64,000 bases of DNA from Trueperaceae bacterium (GTDB lineage: Bacteria; Deinococcota; Deinococci; Deinococcales; Trueperaceae): positions 800,001-864,000 of the forward strand of contig JAXHLW010000013.1 in assembly GCA_034521815.1 (NCBI GenBank), in the 5' to 3' direction. The translations under genes and the position numbers were made by a program. Positions 1-16,595 of this stretch are shown here, in pieces. Below the pieces are notes generated by a model. The model was not told the DNA's origin, made no database searches, and saw only the letters and a list, made by a program, of their open reading frames with translations. The stretch's first letter is position 1; each line of letters begins with the position of its first letter.

Positions 1-2
1 TG

Positions 3-1226
3 GGGCTCACGCCCGAGCAGGTCGTCGAGCGGGCGGTGGACTCGGTCCGCTTCGCGAAGTCGTTCGTGGACGACGTCGAGTTCAGCGCCGAGGACGCCGG
101 CCGCAGCGATCCCGCCTTCCTGGCCCAGATCTTCGCGGCCGCGATCGATGCAGGAGCGACGACGGTGAACGTGCCGGACACGGTGGGGTACATGACGCCG
201 TGGGAGTACGGCGAGCTGATCCGGGGCCTGTTCGAGGCGGTCCCCGGGCTGCACGACGTGGACGTATCGACCCACTGTCACGACGACCTCGGGATGGCGG
301 TCGCGAACTCGCTGGCCGGCGTGCTGAACGGCGCGACGCAGGTCGAGTGCACGATCAACGGCATCGGCGAGCGTGCCGGCAACGCCTCGCTCGAAGAGAT
401 CGTGATGGCGCTCGAGACGCGCAAGGACGTCTGGGGCCACGAGACCGGCATCGACACCCGTGAGCTGTACCGCTCGTCGCGGATGGTGTCGATGATGACC
501 GGCATGGTCGTTCCGCCCAACAAGGCCGTGGTGGGCGACAACGCCTTCGCGCACGAGTCCGGCATCCACCAGGACGGCGTGATCAAGGCGGTCGAGACGT
601 ACGAGATCATGTCGGCCGAGACCGTCGGCCGCGACGCCGGCGTGCTGGTGATGGGCAAGCACTCCGGGCGCCGGGCGTTCAGGAAGACGCTCGAGGAGCT
701 CGGCTACGAGGAGCTTCCCAAGGACGAGGTGGACGCGCTGTTCCACCAGTTCAAGGACCTGTGCGACCGGAAGACGTCGGTCACCTCCGAAGACATCCGC
801 GCGCTGGTCGATGCCGAGACCACGCGGGTCCCGGAGACGTACCGCCTGGTCAGCGTGCAGTTCCAGTCCGGGACGAAGGTGACGCCGGTCGCCACCGTCC
901 GCATCGCGACGGACACCGGCGTCCACGAAGAAGCGGCGCTGGGGGACGGACCGGTCGATGCGATCTACCATGCGATCGAGCGCATCACGCAGGTGCCGTT
1001 GCGGCTCGAGTCGTACGAGATTCGCTCGGTGGGTCACGGCAAGGACGCCCTGGGCGAGGTGACCGTCCGCGTGCGCAGCGAGGACCGCGTCCTCCACGCC
1101 AGGGGCCTCTCCACCGACGTCGTCGAGGCCTCGGCCAAGGCGTACGTCGAGGTGCTCAACAAGCTCGCCGCAGGCTTGGGCCGGTCCAGCGCAGGTCCGC
1201 GGCCCGGCGCGGTCCGCACCCCCTGA
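3..1226 (+). CDS. leuA: 2-isopropylmalate synthase (5'-truncated by window edge)
   Basis: Motifs [52 protein letters not shown] and the C-terminal regulatory domain ([15 protein letters not shown]). The frame is open back to the window start. Confidence 0.95.
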   Translation, partial: GLTPEQVVERAVDSVRFAKSFVDDVEFSAEDAGRSDPAFLAQIFAAAIDAGATTVNVPDTVGYMTPWEYGELIRGLFEAVPGLHDVDVSTHCHDDLGMAVANSLAGVLNGATQVECTINGIGERAGNASLEEIVMALETRKDVWGHETGIDTRELYRSSRMVSMMTGMVVPPNKAVVGDNAFAHESGIHQDGVIKAVETYEIMSAETVGRDAGVLVMGKHSGRRAFRKTLEELGYEELPKDEVDALFHQFKDLCDRKTSVTSEDIRALVDAETTRVPETYRLVSVQFQSGTKVTPVATVRIATDTGVHEEAALGDGPVDAIYHAIERITQVPLRLESYEIRSVGHGKDALGEVTVRVRSEDRVLHARGLSTDVVEASAKAYVEVLNKLAAGLGRSSAGPRPGAVRTP

Positions 1227-1230
1227 TCCG

Positions 1231-2817
1231 ATGGCGCGCATCGAGATCTACGACACCACCCTCCGTGACGGCACCCAGGGGCAGGGATTCACCCTCACCA
1301 GCGCCGACAAGATCGCGATCGCCAAACGGCTGGACGCGTTCGGCATCGATCTGATCGAGGGCGGCTGGCCCGGCTCCAACCCGAAGGACGTCGAGTTCTT
1401 CGCGCGGATGCGGGACGTGCCCCTGGAGCGCGCGCGACTCGCGGCGTTCGGGAGCACGCGGCACCGGGGCAAGACGGCCGAGGACGACCCCAACCTAGCA
1501 GCGCTCCTGGCGGCCGACACGCCGGTCGTGACGCTGTTCGGCAAGTCGTGGACGCTGCACGTCACCGAGGCGCTGGGCGCGACGCTGGAGCAGAACCTCG
1601 AGATGATTCGCGACTCGGTCGCCTGGATGGTCGCCCAAGGACGCGAGGTCGTGTACGACGCCGAGCACTTCTACGACGGCTGGCGCGCCGACCCAGGCTA
1701 CGCCTTCGCGACCTTGGCCGCGGCCGCCGAAGGGGGCGCGTCGCGGCTGGTGCTGTGCGACACGAACGGCGGCACCCTGCCCGGCCGGATCGCGCAGGGG
1801 GTCGTAGCGGCGCGCGAGGCGTTCGACCTGCCGATCGGCATCCACGCCCACAACGACGCCGAGCTGGGCGTCGCGAACTCGCTGGCCGCCGTCGAGGCGG
1901 GCGCCGTCCACGTGCAGGGCACGATCAACGGCTACGGCGAGCGGTGCGGCAACGCCAACCTGGTCTCGATCCTGCCCAACCTGGCGCTGAAGCTGGGGTT
2001 CGACCAGCCGCAGCGCCTGGACCATCTCCGCGAGCTGGCTCGCTACGTCGACGAGCGCGCGAACCTGCAGCCGAACCTGCGGGCGCCGTACGTCGGGGAC
2101 GCCGCGTTCGCCCACAAAGGCGGCGTGCACGTCTCGGCCGTCGCCAAGCGTCCCGACACCTACGAGCACGTCACGCCGGACACGGTCGGCAACGAGCGCC
2201 GCATCCTGATCTCGGACCTGTCCGGCCGCGCGAACGTGCAGGCCATGGGCGACGGCAGCGTCGCGTCCGGCGACGGCGGGCGCGACGTGGTGACGCGGCT
2301 GAAGGAGCTCGAGCACCGCGGCTACGCGTTCGAAGGGGCCGAAGCGTCGTTCCGCCTGATGGCCGCCAAGGTCCGCGGCGAGCACCGCCCGTACTTCACG
2401 CTCCACGGCTTCACGGTGGTGATCGACAAGCGCGAGGAGGACCGGCAGCCACACGCCGAGGCGTCGATCAAGGTCGAGGTCGGCGGCGTGATGGAGCACA
2501 CGGCGGCGGACGGCGACGGTCCGGTGAACGCCCTCGATCGGGCGCTGGGCAAGGCGCTGACGCGGTTCTACCCCGAGGTTCGCGAGCTGGAGCTGGTGGA
2601 CTACAAGGTGCGCGTGCTGAGCGGCGACGAGTCGGGCACGGCCAGCGTGATCCGGGTCCAGATCGAGTACAGCGACGGTCGCGAGACCTGGGGCACCGTG
2701 GGCGCCAGCACCGACATCATCCACGCCTCGTACGAGGCGCTCATCGACGCGATCGAGTACAAGCTCGTCAAGGACCGGGTCGTCCCGAAGGGCGACGACA
2801 CGGTCGCGTCCGCCTGA
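1231..2817 (+). CDS. cimA: Citramalate synthase
   Basis: YDTTLRDGTQG, IEGGWPGSNPKD, GKSWTLHV, YDAEHF, HAHND, AFAHKGGVH, SDLSGR, WGTVG. Starts 4 nt after leuA. Confidence 0.92.
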   Translation: MARIEIYDTTLRDGTQGQGFTLTSADKIAIAKRLDAFGIDLIEGGWPGSNPKDVEFFARMRDVPLERARLAAFGSTRHRGKTAEDDPNLAALLAADTPVVTLFGKSWTLHVTEALGATLEQNLEMIRDSVAWMVAQGREVVYDAEHFYDGWRADPGYAFATLAAAAEGGASRLVLCDTNGGTLPGRIAQGVVAAREAFDLPIGIHAHNDAELGVANSLAAVEAGAVHVQGTINGYGERCGNANLVSILPNLALKLGFDQPQRLDHLRELARYVDERANLQPNLRAPYVGDAAFAHKGGVHVSAVAKRPDTYEHVTPDTVGNERRILISDLSGRANVQAMGDGSVASGDGGRDVVTRLKELEHRGYAFEGAEASFRLMAAKVRGEHRPYFTLHGFTVVIDKREEDRQPHAEASIKVEVGGVMEHTAADGDGPVNALDRALGKALTRFYPEVRELELVDYKVRVLSGDESGTASVIRVQIEYSDGRETWGTVGASTDIIHASYEALIDAIEYKLVKDRVVPKGDDTVASA

Positions 2818-3014
2818 GGTCGTCGGCGCTCACGGCCGCGCGGTCGGCGGCGTCGCCTCCTGCGGCCGTCGACGCCACGGCGCGGATCCGATCGCGCCGC
2901 CCGGACGGCCCGGTCATCGTGGCGACCGTGCTTCGAACCTGAACTCGCGTATCCGATTCGCCTTCGGATCGGTTGGAACCACGTCACGCACGAGGTTCGC
3001 AGGCGTACGTTCGA

Positions 3015-3044
3015 TTGACACCCCACCTCCGCGAGCGATACCAT
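3015..3044 (+). promoter_or_regulatory. Sigma70-type promoter for gltB
   Basis: TTGACA (3015-3020), 18 bp spacer, TACCAT (3039-3044), about 140 nt upstream of the gltB ATG. Confidence 0.7.
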
Positions 3045-3183
3045 TCCCGTCACGTCCGCGTCTCGCGGTCCGGCCCCTGCTCCAACGCGCGCAGCGCCGC
3101 CAGCCCCCGCCAGCCTCCCGCCCGAGCGCGTGGGACGCCGGGGCGACCCCCTCGATTCACGACACCGGAGGCATCCCTTGCCC

Positions 3184-7746
<4,563 letters not shown>

Positions 7747-7788
7747 CCGGCGTGCGCTAGCGGAGGCGCCCGGCGACGGGGCGCTCGC

Positions 7789-9642
<1,854 letters not shown>

Positions 9643-9645
9643 CGC

Positions 9646-9864
9646 TCAGCGTTCTTGTTCTTCGTCGAGGCCGTTCAGCAGGCGGGGGTCGAGCTTGCCG
9701 TCTTCGACCGCCTTGTTGAGCATCTCGATGCCCAGCCGGACCACCTCGGATTTCGAGACCAGGCGCTCGGGGTTGGACAGCTGGTAGGCCGTCTTGGTGA
9801 GGAGCGAGTCCTGCTCCTCGCTGATGACGACCTGGAGTCGCTTGCTCTTTTCGCGTTTGGGCAC
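9646..9864 (-). CDS. Small (72 aa) ribbon-helix-helix-like DNA-binding protein
   Basis: GTG start after GGAGG; MPKREKSKRLQVVISEEQDSLL...SKSEVVRLGIE shows a beta strand followed by two helices. Ends 3 nt before the kinase start. Confidence 0.75.
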   Translation of the reverse strand: MPKREKSKRLQVVISEEQDSLLTKTAYQLSNPERLVSKSEVVRLGIEMLNKAVEDGKLDPRLLNGLDEEQER

Positions 9865-9917
9865 GGCGCCTCCTCGGTACGAACGATGAAGAGGATCGTA
9901 CCATCCGTCACATCTGA

Positions 9918-9946
9918 TTGACAATACTACTAGCCCTCGTTATGCT
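9918..9946 (+). promoter_or_regulatory. Sigma70 promoter facing murA
   Basis: TTGACA (9918-9923), 17 bp spacer, TATGCT (9941-9946) in an AT-rich patch. Confidence 0.8.
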
Positions 9947-9958
9947 TCTTGTGCGTAT

Positions 9959-9977
9959 CGTGTGTATATCACACACG
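9959..9977. promoter_or_regulatory. Palindromic operator candidate
   Basis: Perfect inverted repeat CGTGTGT-atatc-ACACACG just downstream of the -10 box. Confidence 0.6.
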
Positions 9978-10074
9978 TCAGCACGATCGCGATTCGATCG
10001 TCGCGACCGTGCGATCCACGACCGAGCGATCCCGATGATCGCGCTTCGACCCGCGTCCACGAGGTGGCCCACGC

Positions 10075-11373
10075 ATGAACGTACCCGACGACGCCCTCCG
10101 GATCGATGGCGGCCGCCCGCTGGACGGCCACGCGCGCGTCCAGAGCGCGAAGAACTCGGCCCTCTATCTCATCCTCGCGTCGCTACTGACCGAAGAGGAG
10201 CTGGTTCTCCGCAACGTGCCACGCCTCAGCGACGTGCTCGTGGGCCTCGAGATCCTGGCTCACGTCGGCGTCGAGGTGCGTTGGGACGGCCCCGACCTGC
10301 GGCTTCACGCCGCACGGGTCGACCGCTCCGACGCGCCGTTCCGACTGGTCCGCAAGATGCGCGCCAGCTTCGTGGCGATGGGCGCGCTGCTGGCACGCAC
10401 CGGAACCGCGCGCATCGGCGTTCCGGGCGGCTGCGCGTTCGGTCCCCGTCCGGTGGACCGGCATATCGCAGCGTTCGAGGCGCTCGGCGTCACCGTCGGC
10501 GACGTCGACGGCGATTTCGTCGCCGAGCGGCACGGCCCGCTCGAGGGGCACGTGGTGTTCGAGGCGCCCACCGTCGGCGGCACGCAGAACGTGCTTCTGG
10601 CGACCGCGCTCGGGAGTCGACGCGTCGTGATCGAGAACGCGGCCCTGGAGCCCGAAGTGGCCGACCTGATCGACTTGCTGAACGCCATGGGCGCACGCAT
10701 CCGCGGCGCGGGAACGGGCGTGCTCAGCATCGAAGGCGTCGAGCGGCTCCACGGCACCACCTTCACGCCGATCCCCGATCGGATCGAAGCGGGCACGCTG
10801 CTGCTGGCCGCCGCCGCCACACGCGGCGCCGTTCGCCTGGACAACGTACGCACGTCGCACCTCGCCGCCGTCGCAGGCGCGCTTCGCGCGACCGGCGTCT
10901 GGATCGAGGAGGAGGACGACACGATCTCCCTCGACGCTGCCGGGCCCCTCCGCGCGATCGACGTCGTCGCGACCCCGTACCCGGGACTCCCGACCGACCT
11001 TCAGGCGCCGTTCGGCGCGTACCTCGCGACCCTGCCCGGACGGGCCACGGTGCGCGACGAGGTGTACCCCGACCGGTTCACGCACGTCGACGAGCTTCGC
11101 AAGATGGGCGCGCGCCTGACCCTCGACGATCGTGCGCTGCAGATCGAGGGCGGAGAGCTTCACGGCGCCGAGATCCACGCCGCCGACATCCGTGCCGGCG
11201 GAGCGCTCGTCGTCGCCGCCCTCGCGGCCCGCGGCAGCTCGCTGCTGACCGGCGTCGAGTTCCTCGACCGCGGCTACCAGAATCTGTCGCCGCGTCTCCG
11301 CGCCCTCGGGGCGCGTGTCGAGCGGACCGGCGCCGTGCCGACGCCCGATCCGATGTTCGTTTCGGTCGGCTGA
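10075..11373 (+). CDS. murA: UDP-N-acetylglucosamine 1-carboxyvinyltransferase
   Basis: SAKNSAL, KMRAS, PGGCAFGPRPVDRH (active-site Cys), PDRIEAGT, PGLPTDLQ, DIRAG, DRGY. Confidence 0.96.
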   Translation: MNVPDDALRIDGGRPLDGHARVQSAKNSALYLILASLLTEEELVLRNVPRLSDVLVGLEILAHVGVEVRWDGPDLRLHAARVDRSDAPFRLVRKMRASFVAMGALLARTGTARIGVPGGCAFGPRPVDRHIAAFEALGVTVGDVDGDFVAERHGPLEGHVVFEAPTVGGTQNVLLATALGSRRVVIENAALEPEVADLIDLLNAMGARIRGAGTGVLSIEGVERLHGTTFTPIPDRIEAGTLLLAAAATRGAVRLDNVRTSHLAAVAGALRATGVWIEEEDDTISLDAAGPLRAIDVVATPYPGLPTDLQAPFGAYLATLPGRATVRDEVYPDRFTHVDELRKMGARLTLDDRALQIEGGELHGAEIHAADIRAGGALVVAALAARGSSLLTGVEFLDRGYQNLSPRLRALGARVERTGAVPTPDPMFVSVG

Positions 11374-11461
11374 GCCTCGGTCTGCTCGGTCCATTCGACG
11401 CCTTTCGAGGTTGCGTAGCGACGCGGCTGACTATGCGACGCCGTCGCCTCGCTCGTCGACC

Positions 11462-13018
11462 TCAGCCCGAGACGCGCACCGTCGCGCGATCGTGCCCATC
11501 GGCACCGTCGGGAAGCGGTCGCGTCGGCTCCGCCGTCTGCACGACGCCCTCCCCGTCGGTCGCCCGTACCCGCACGTCGAACCGTGTGGCGTCGGTCTCG
11601 AGCACGGCGGCCCAGCGAACCCATGACAGATCGTTCGGGGCCGGCTCGACCTCGGCCGCGAGCCAGCGATCGCCGCCGTCCAACGACACCTCGACCGAGC
11701 GGATCCCGCGCAGCCCGGCGAACGCCACGCCACCGACCGCCACGCGGCCGTCGTCGAGCTGCACCGCGACGTCGGTGTCGATCCGGCTCATCGTCTTGAC
11801 GATCGCTTCGTCGCTCCAACCCCGCGTCTGCCAGTACCCCAGGTAATCGTCGGCGACCAGCTCGATCTCCTCGACCCACTTGACGTTCTTCATCCCGTAG
11901 ATCCCCGGCACCAGCACCCGCGCGGGGAACCCGTGCGCCGAGGTGAGGGGCTCGCCGTTCTGAAGGTAGGCGACGATCGTGCCCTCCCGCATCGCCGCGT
12001 CCAGGGGGAACGAGTCGGTGTAGTTGTCGGCCGCGGCGAGGACCAGCTCGCGCGCGCCGGATCGCGGACCGGCCAGGTCCAGCAGATCGGCCAGCCGCAC
12101 GCCGGTCCACTCGCTGGTCCCGATCAGGTCGCCGCCCACCGGATTCGAGACGCAGATGAGCGTACTGGGCCGGGTCACCGACGGTAGCGCCCGGAGGTCG
12201 TCCAACGTCAGCTCCAGCGGCCGGTCCACCTCGCCCGCGATCCGGAGCGACCAGTCCCTCTGCTGGACGTTCGGATCGAACAGGTTCTTCGAGACGACGT
12301 AGTGGTCGCCTGCGGGCGTGATGCGGGGTGGCAGGCCGATCAGCCTGCTGAACAGGTCGCCGATCTCCTGAGCTCGCGCCAGGAGCCAGCGACCGCCCGC
12401 CGCCGACCCGGCGACGAGCACGAGCCCCGTGCGCGCGATCAGCGCGCTCGCACCGCGACGCGCCTCGTTCACGGCGGCCAGTGGGCCGCCCGTCGCGCCG
12501 ATCGCAGCGAAGACAGCGCTGGACGCCGCAGCCGCAAGATGGAGCAGGAGCGGGTCCCACGCCCGATTGGCGGGGGAGAGACCGAACCAGCCGAGTCCCT
12601 GCAATGGCAGCAGCACCAGTCCAGGCAACGCGACGCCGACCGTCGTGACGAGAGCCACGACGGGCAGAACACCCAGGCGCGACGCCCACGGCCGCAGTCG
12701 CCGCGCGATCAGCCAGGCCACCGCCGCCCAGCCCAGCACGACGACGCCGAACAGCCCCGGCTTGGCCAGCCGGTCGAGTCCGAACGGGAGCGCGTGCACG
12801 AGATTGAACACCACCGGGATGCCCAACAGGCGAGCGATCCCCTCGAAGGCGACCTCGGGCACCGAAACGACCGAGAAGCCGACCCGCGCGACGGCCATCA
12901 CCAGCACCGAGGCCGCCAAGGCCACCGCGGCGCGCGGCCACGGCGTGAGCCCTGATCGTCCGGGTCGGTGCTGCGGTACAGGCTCTTGCGGCGATGTGAT
13001 CGAGTCGTTCGAGCGCAT
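11462..13018 (-). CDS. Membrane-anchored molybdopterin oxidoreductase (sulfite oxidase family)
   Basis: N-terminal TM helices; TLICVSN (Mo-ligating Cys), WTGVRL, HGFPARVLVPGIYGMKNVKW, GYWQTRGW, VEVSLDGG. ATG follows GGAGG. Confidence 0.88.
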   Translation of the reverse strand: MRSNDSITSPQEPVPQHRPGRSGLTPWPRAAVALAASVLVMAVARVGFSVVSVPEVAFEGIARLLGIPVVFNLVHALPFGLDRLAKPGLFGVVVLGWAAVAWLIARRLRPWASRLGVLPVVALVTTVGVALPGLVLLPLQGLGWFGLSPANRAWDPLLLHLAAAASSAVFAAIGATGGPLAAVNEARRGASALIARTGLVLVAGSAAGGRWLLARAQEIGDLFSRLIGLPPRITPAGDHYVVSKNLFDPNVQQRDWSLRIAGEVDRPLELTLDDLRALPSVTRPSTLICVSNPVGGDLIGTSEWTGVRLADLLDLAGPRSGARELVLAAADNYTDSFPLDAAMREGTIVAYLQNGEPLTSAHGFPARVLVPGIYGMKNVKWVEEIELVADDYLGYWQTRGWSDEAIVKTMSRIDTDVAVQLDDGRVAVGGVAFAGLRGIRSVEVSLDGGDRWLAAEVEPAPNDLSWVRWAAVLETDATRFDVRVRATDGEGVVQTAEPTRPLPDGADGHDRATVRVSG

Positions 13019-13081
13019 GGCGACCTCCGAAGGCGAGTATGCGGACTGAACGTTCACGGGCGCATCACGCCCGCGCACGCC

Positions 13082-14359
13082 TCACGATGCCCCGTCGCCC
13101 CGACCCGTGCTGGATCGAGGATCACCGTCGCGATCCACGTCGTCCGCGCCCACCTCGCCGGCGTCGTCTGGAGCGTCGTCCGTAACGTCGCCTGGAGCGT
13201 CGTGTGGAGCGTCGCCCTCGTCGGTGTCGATCAGGTCGTCGGTGCCGATCGGCGCGTCGGCGGCGCCCGTGTCGATCGAGCCGGCATCGTCGTCCCCGCT
13301 CGGGCGTTCTTCCTCGGACGGGTCGGCGGCACCCTCGGAGTCGGTCTCCGACCACCAGCCGTCGCTCGCCGCCCAGATCGTCGGCAGCACCAGCTCGGCG
13401 CCGGCACGGCCAGAGGCTGAAGACGGCGGCTGCGCCGAGGGCGCGTCGCCTCGCGAGTCGCTGCTACCCGCGTCTGCGGGCGTGTCTGCGGGCGTGTCTG
13501 CGCTCATGTCGGCGTCCGTGTCTGCGCCCGTCTCGGGACCGGCGACAGCCTCGGCCGAGTCGTCGGGAACGGGGCTCGGCCGCATGGCGTCGCCCTCGGA
13601 CGTCGCCGGCGTTTGGACGGGCGGCGGCACCCGACGTCGCAGCCATAGACCCGCGATCGCCACCGCCAACCCGGCCGCCATCGCGATCAGCCAGCCGATC
13701 GCGGTGTCGCCTCGTGACGAGCTCGGCAGCGTGAAGGCCTGCAACGCGGCGCGCTGGGTCTCGTCGTCCTCGGCCAACAGGTCCACGACCGGCGGAACGA
13801 CGGACTCGCTCGCGAACGCCCACGGTGACGCGCTGTCCGCGAGCGGTCTCCAGCCGTCGATCGAGAACGGATCGTACACGCCGGTGAGGGCGTGGATCTC
13901 GACCAGCTCGGCGGGCGCCGGGACAGGGACCTCGATACGCAGCACGTCGTCGGCCCGGACCACCGTCACGGGGCGTGGAGCGCCGTCCGGATCGTCGGCC
14001 AGCACCGCGTAGGCGTCGTCGCCGTGGACGCGAATCGCGATCTCCCAGCCGCGGCCGGGCGGCATGCGCATGTCGGGGCCGGGGAGGAGCTCCTCCCTGC
14101 CTCCCTCGCCGGTATCGAGGTACACGTCGACGATCGGTAGCGTCAGGCCGTTGGGCAAGCCCCCAGGGTCGGGAATCTCGCCCAAGCGCACCCGCAGCAC
14201 GAGCAGGGGCTCGTCGACGACCTCGACGGCGACCAGGTCGAACGGGCCGAGGGACGAGTAGACCTGGGCGGTCGGTGGAATCAGGTCGCCCGCACCGTGC
14301 GCGTCGCCGCTCGGATCGAGCCTGAGCAGCGACGCCAGGACCAGCAGCTCCGCGATCAC
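13082..14359 (-). CDS. Glucodextranase DOMON-like domain membrane protein with acidic tail
   Basis: GTG overlaps the yvcK stop; DPSGD..G...PT...FDL...DVYLD...GWE pattern; one TM helix (IGWLIAMAAGLAVAIAGLWL) followed by an Asp/Ala-rich tail. Confidence 0.65.
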   Translation of the reverse strand: MIAELLVLASLLRLDPSGDAHGAGDLIPPTAQVYSSLGPFDLVAVEVVDEPLLVLRVRLGEIPDPGGLPNGLTLPIVDVYLDTGEGGREELLPGPDMRMPPGRGWEIAIRVHGDDAYAVLADDPDGAPRPVTVVRADDVLRIEVPVPAPAELVEIHALTGVYDPFSIDGWRPLADSASPWAFASESVVPPVVDLLAEDDETQRAALQAFTLPSSSRGDTAIGWLIAMAAGLAVAIAGLWLRRRVPPPVQTPATSEGDAMRPSPVPDDSAEAVAGPETGADTDADMSADTPADTPADAGSSDSRGDAPSAQPPSSASGRAGAELVLPTIWAASDGWWSETDSEGAADPSEEERPSGDDDAGSIDTGAADAPIGTDDLIDTDEGDAPHDAPGDVTDDAPDDAGEVGADDVDRDGDPRSSTGRGDGAS

Positions 14360-15711
14360 GCCAACGCCTTGCCGGCCTTGGCGGCCATGGCCAGGCTGGT
14401 CAGCTCCTCGGCAAGACGGACCGGGTCGTGCTGGGCGTACGGACCGTCGACGAGGAGGGGCGCCGCACGCAGCGCGACACCCTGATCCGCGAAGTCCGAA
14501 GCGACCACGGCGACCTCTTCGGCGCCCTCCTCGCGGTACGAGGCCCGTCGCGCCTCGTCGATCGGCCGATCGTTCACGAGCACGAGGTCGGGCCAACGCC
14601 CGAGGTGGTCGTGGACGGCGCGGGCGTGCCCCATGGCGTCCAGTCCGTCGGTCTCGCCCACCTCGGTCATGATGTTGCACACGTACACCAGCGGTGCGGC
14701 GCTCCGCGCGATGGCCTGCCGGACATCGGGTACGAGCAGCGGAGCGATCACCGAGGTGAACAGGCTGCCGGGCCCGAGCACCACCAGATCGGCGCTGCGC
14801 ACGGCGAGCACGACCTCGGGAAGCGCCACCGCGTCGCTCGGCTCGAGCTCCAGGCGACGAACGGCGCCCGGCGTCTCCCGCAGCCGGCTCTCGCCCGAGA
14901 CGCGCACACCGTCCTGCTTCGTGGCGATCAGCGACACGGGCTCCGCGGTGACGGGCCACACGGCACCCGACAGGTTCAGCAGCCGGTTCAACACCCGCGT
15001 GGCCCGGCCGATGTCGCCCTCCACCTCGCTCAGGGTCGTGATCAGCAGGTTTCCGAAGGTGTGGCCCTCGAGCTCCTCGCCTCGCACGAAGCGGTACCCC
15101 ATCAGCCGGCCGACCTCGACCTCGTGATCCGACAGCGCCGCCAGGCAGTCCGACAGGTCGCCGGGGGAGGGCATGCCGAACGCGCGACGGAGTCGGCCCG
15201 ACGATCCGCCGTCGTCGGCGACCGTCACCACCGCGGTCAGGTTGCTGCTCGCCTGACGGAGGCCGCGCAGCAGGGTCGACAGGCCCGTGCCGCCACCGAA
15301 CCCCACGATCTTCGGTCCCCTCGAGAGCGACAGTCTGCGGTGCAGCAGCATCGCCGCGTCCAACGGCCGCGGCATCCAGTTCGACAGCAGCGACCGGTTC
15401 AGGCGCGCGATCGCGTCGACGGACAGCCACACGCCCGCAGCGAACGCCAGCAGCGAGACCCAGCCTCCCAGCGCTCGCCACGGTCCGCTGACCAGCAGCT
15501 CCTCGACCGGAGCGGACAACGCCGCCCGCGTGTCCGCGAGGAGCCACAGCGCCCCCGCGCCCGCTCCGATGATCGCGATCAATCCACCGAGCACCGCGAG
15601 CGAGACGTGCCGCTTGACGCCCATCCCGGGTGCGAGCCAGAGCCTGAGCCGCGCCAGAGGCCCACCGTGGTGAAGCACGTCCTCCGGGGTCGGCCGGTCG
15701 CCCCGAATCAC
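14356..15711 (-). CDS. yvcK: YvcK/GlmR family UDP-GlcNAc-binding protein with N-terminal TM helices
   Basis: GGGTGLS, VTVADDGGSSGRLR, GHTFGNL, GPGSLFTS, NIMT..GET; follows rapZ. Confidence 0.92.
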   Translation of the reverse strand: MIRGDRPTPEDVLHHGGPLARLRLWLAPGMGVKRHVSLAVLGGLIAIIGAGAGALWLLADTRAALSAPVEELLVSGPWRALGGWVSLLAFAAGVWLSVDAIARLNRSLLSNWMPRPLDAAMLLHRRLSLSRGPKIVGFGGGTGLSTLLRGLRQASSNLTAVVTVADDGGSSGRLRRAFGMPSPGDLSDCLAALSDHEVEVGRLMGYRFVRGEELEGHTFGNLLITTLSEVEGDIGRATRVLNRLLNLSGAVWPVTAEPVSLIATKQDGVRVSGESRLRETPGAVRRLELEPSDAVALPEVVLAVRSADLVVLGPGSLFTSVIAPLLVPDVRQAIARSAAPLVYVCNIMTEVGETDGLDAMGHARAVHDHLGRWPDLVLVNDRPIDEARRASYREEGAEEVAVVASDFADQGVALRAAPLLVDGPYAQHDPVRLAEELTSLAMAAKAGKALA

Positions 15712-16595
15712 GGGCGCTCGCTCGGCCCGTCGGCGTCGGCCTCCGCATCCTTTCGGTGCTCCGCGAGGGCGTCGGCCAGATCCCGGTGGCTCGCCTCGAC
15801 CGCGAACGCGTCGGCCAGGTCGTGCGCGAGCCTCTCGACGACGGCGACCGAGCGATGCTGGCCGCCGGTGCAGCCGATCGCGACGGCGTACCCGCCCCGT
15901 CCCGACCGTCGCCCCGCTTCGGCGAGATCGCGCGTCATGGCGCGGAGGGGCGCGTACGCCTCGTGCCCTCCGTGGGCGAACACGTGCGATTGCACGCGCG
16001 GGTCGGTGCCCGGCAGCGGACGAAGCACGTCGTCGTAGAACGGGTTCCGCATGCCGCGCACGTCCAGCACGGCGTCCACGTCGGTCGGCACGCCGCGCTT
16101 GTAGCCGAACGACACCAGCCTCAGCTGGAACCGGTCGTCGCCCGACAGCCGCTGCATGCGCGTCCGCAAGTCCCGCTCGGTCAGCGTCGTCGTGTCGACC
16201 ACCACGTCGGCGTGCGACCTGAGCAGCTCAAGCGAGTCGCGCTCGGCGGCGAGGTCCTCGCCCAGCGCTCCGCGCTGAAGCGGGTGCGTCCGTCGCGTGA
16301 ACGAGAACCGTCGGACCAGCGTCTCGTCGCGAGCGTCCAGGAACACGACCTGTGGCGTGAAGCCGGCGCGATGAAGATCCTCGAGCGCCGCGGGCGCGGC
16401 ACCCAGGAACGCCGCGCCCCGCACGTCGATCCCGATCGCGAGGGCTTCGTGGCCGGCCTCGTGAACGGTCGTCGCGAGGGTCGGCCAGAGACGCGGGGGG
16501 AGGTTGTCCACCGCCAAGAAGCCGGCGTCCTCGAGCGCGTGCAGCGCAGTGGTCTTGCCGGCCCCGCTCATCCCCGTCAGGATCACGACCCTCAT
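15708..16595 (-). CDS. rapZ: RNase adapter / P-loop protein RapZ (YvcJ)
   Basis: ILTGMSGAGKT, DNLP, RRTHPL, SFGYKRGVP, DVR..RNP, IGCTGGQHRSV. Confidence 0.93.
   Translation of the reverse strand: MRVVILTGMSGAGKTTALHALEDAGFLAVDNLPPRLWPTLATTVHEAGHEALAIGIDVRGAAFLGAAPAALEDLHRAGFTPQVVFLDARDETLVRRFSFTRRTHPLQRGALGEDLAAERDSLELLRSHADVVVDTTTLTERDLRTRMQRLSGDDRFQLRLVSFGYKRGVPTDVDAVLDVRGMRNPFYDDVLRPLPGTDPRVQSHVFAHGGHEAYAPLRAMTRDLAEAGRRSGRGGYAVAIGCTGGQHRSVAVVERLAHDLADAFAVEASHRDLADALAEHRKDAEADADGPSERP

Noticed and set aside
9940..9958. Possible Deinococcus radiation/desiccation response motif (TTATGC...GCGTA)
   Set aside because: Half-site spacing does not fit the 17-bp RDRM palindrome.
13082..15748. Extended ORF-track products (888 aa here, 868 aa at 39054-41660, 779 aa at 51312-53651, 677 aa at 42796-44829) as fusion proteins
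   Set aside because: The N-terminal extensions are out-of-frame overlaps with upstream genes; the true starts lie at the stop/start overlaps.
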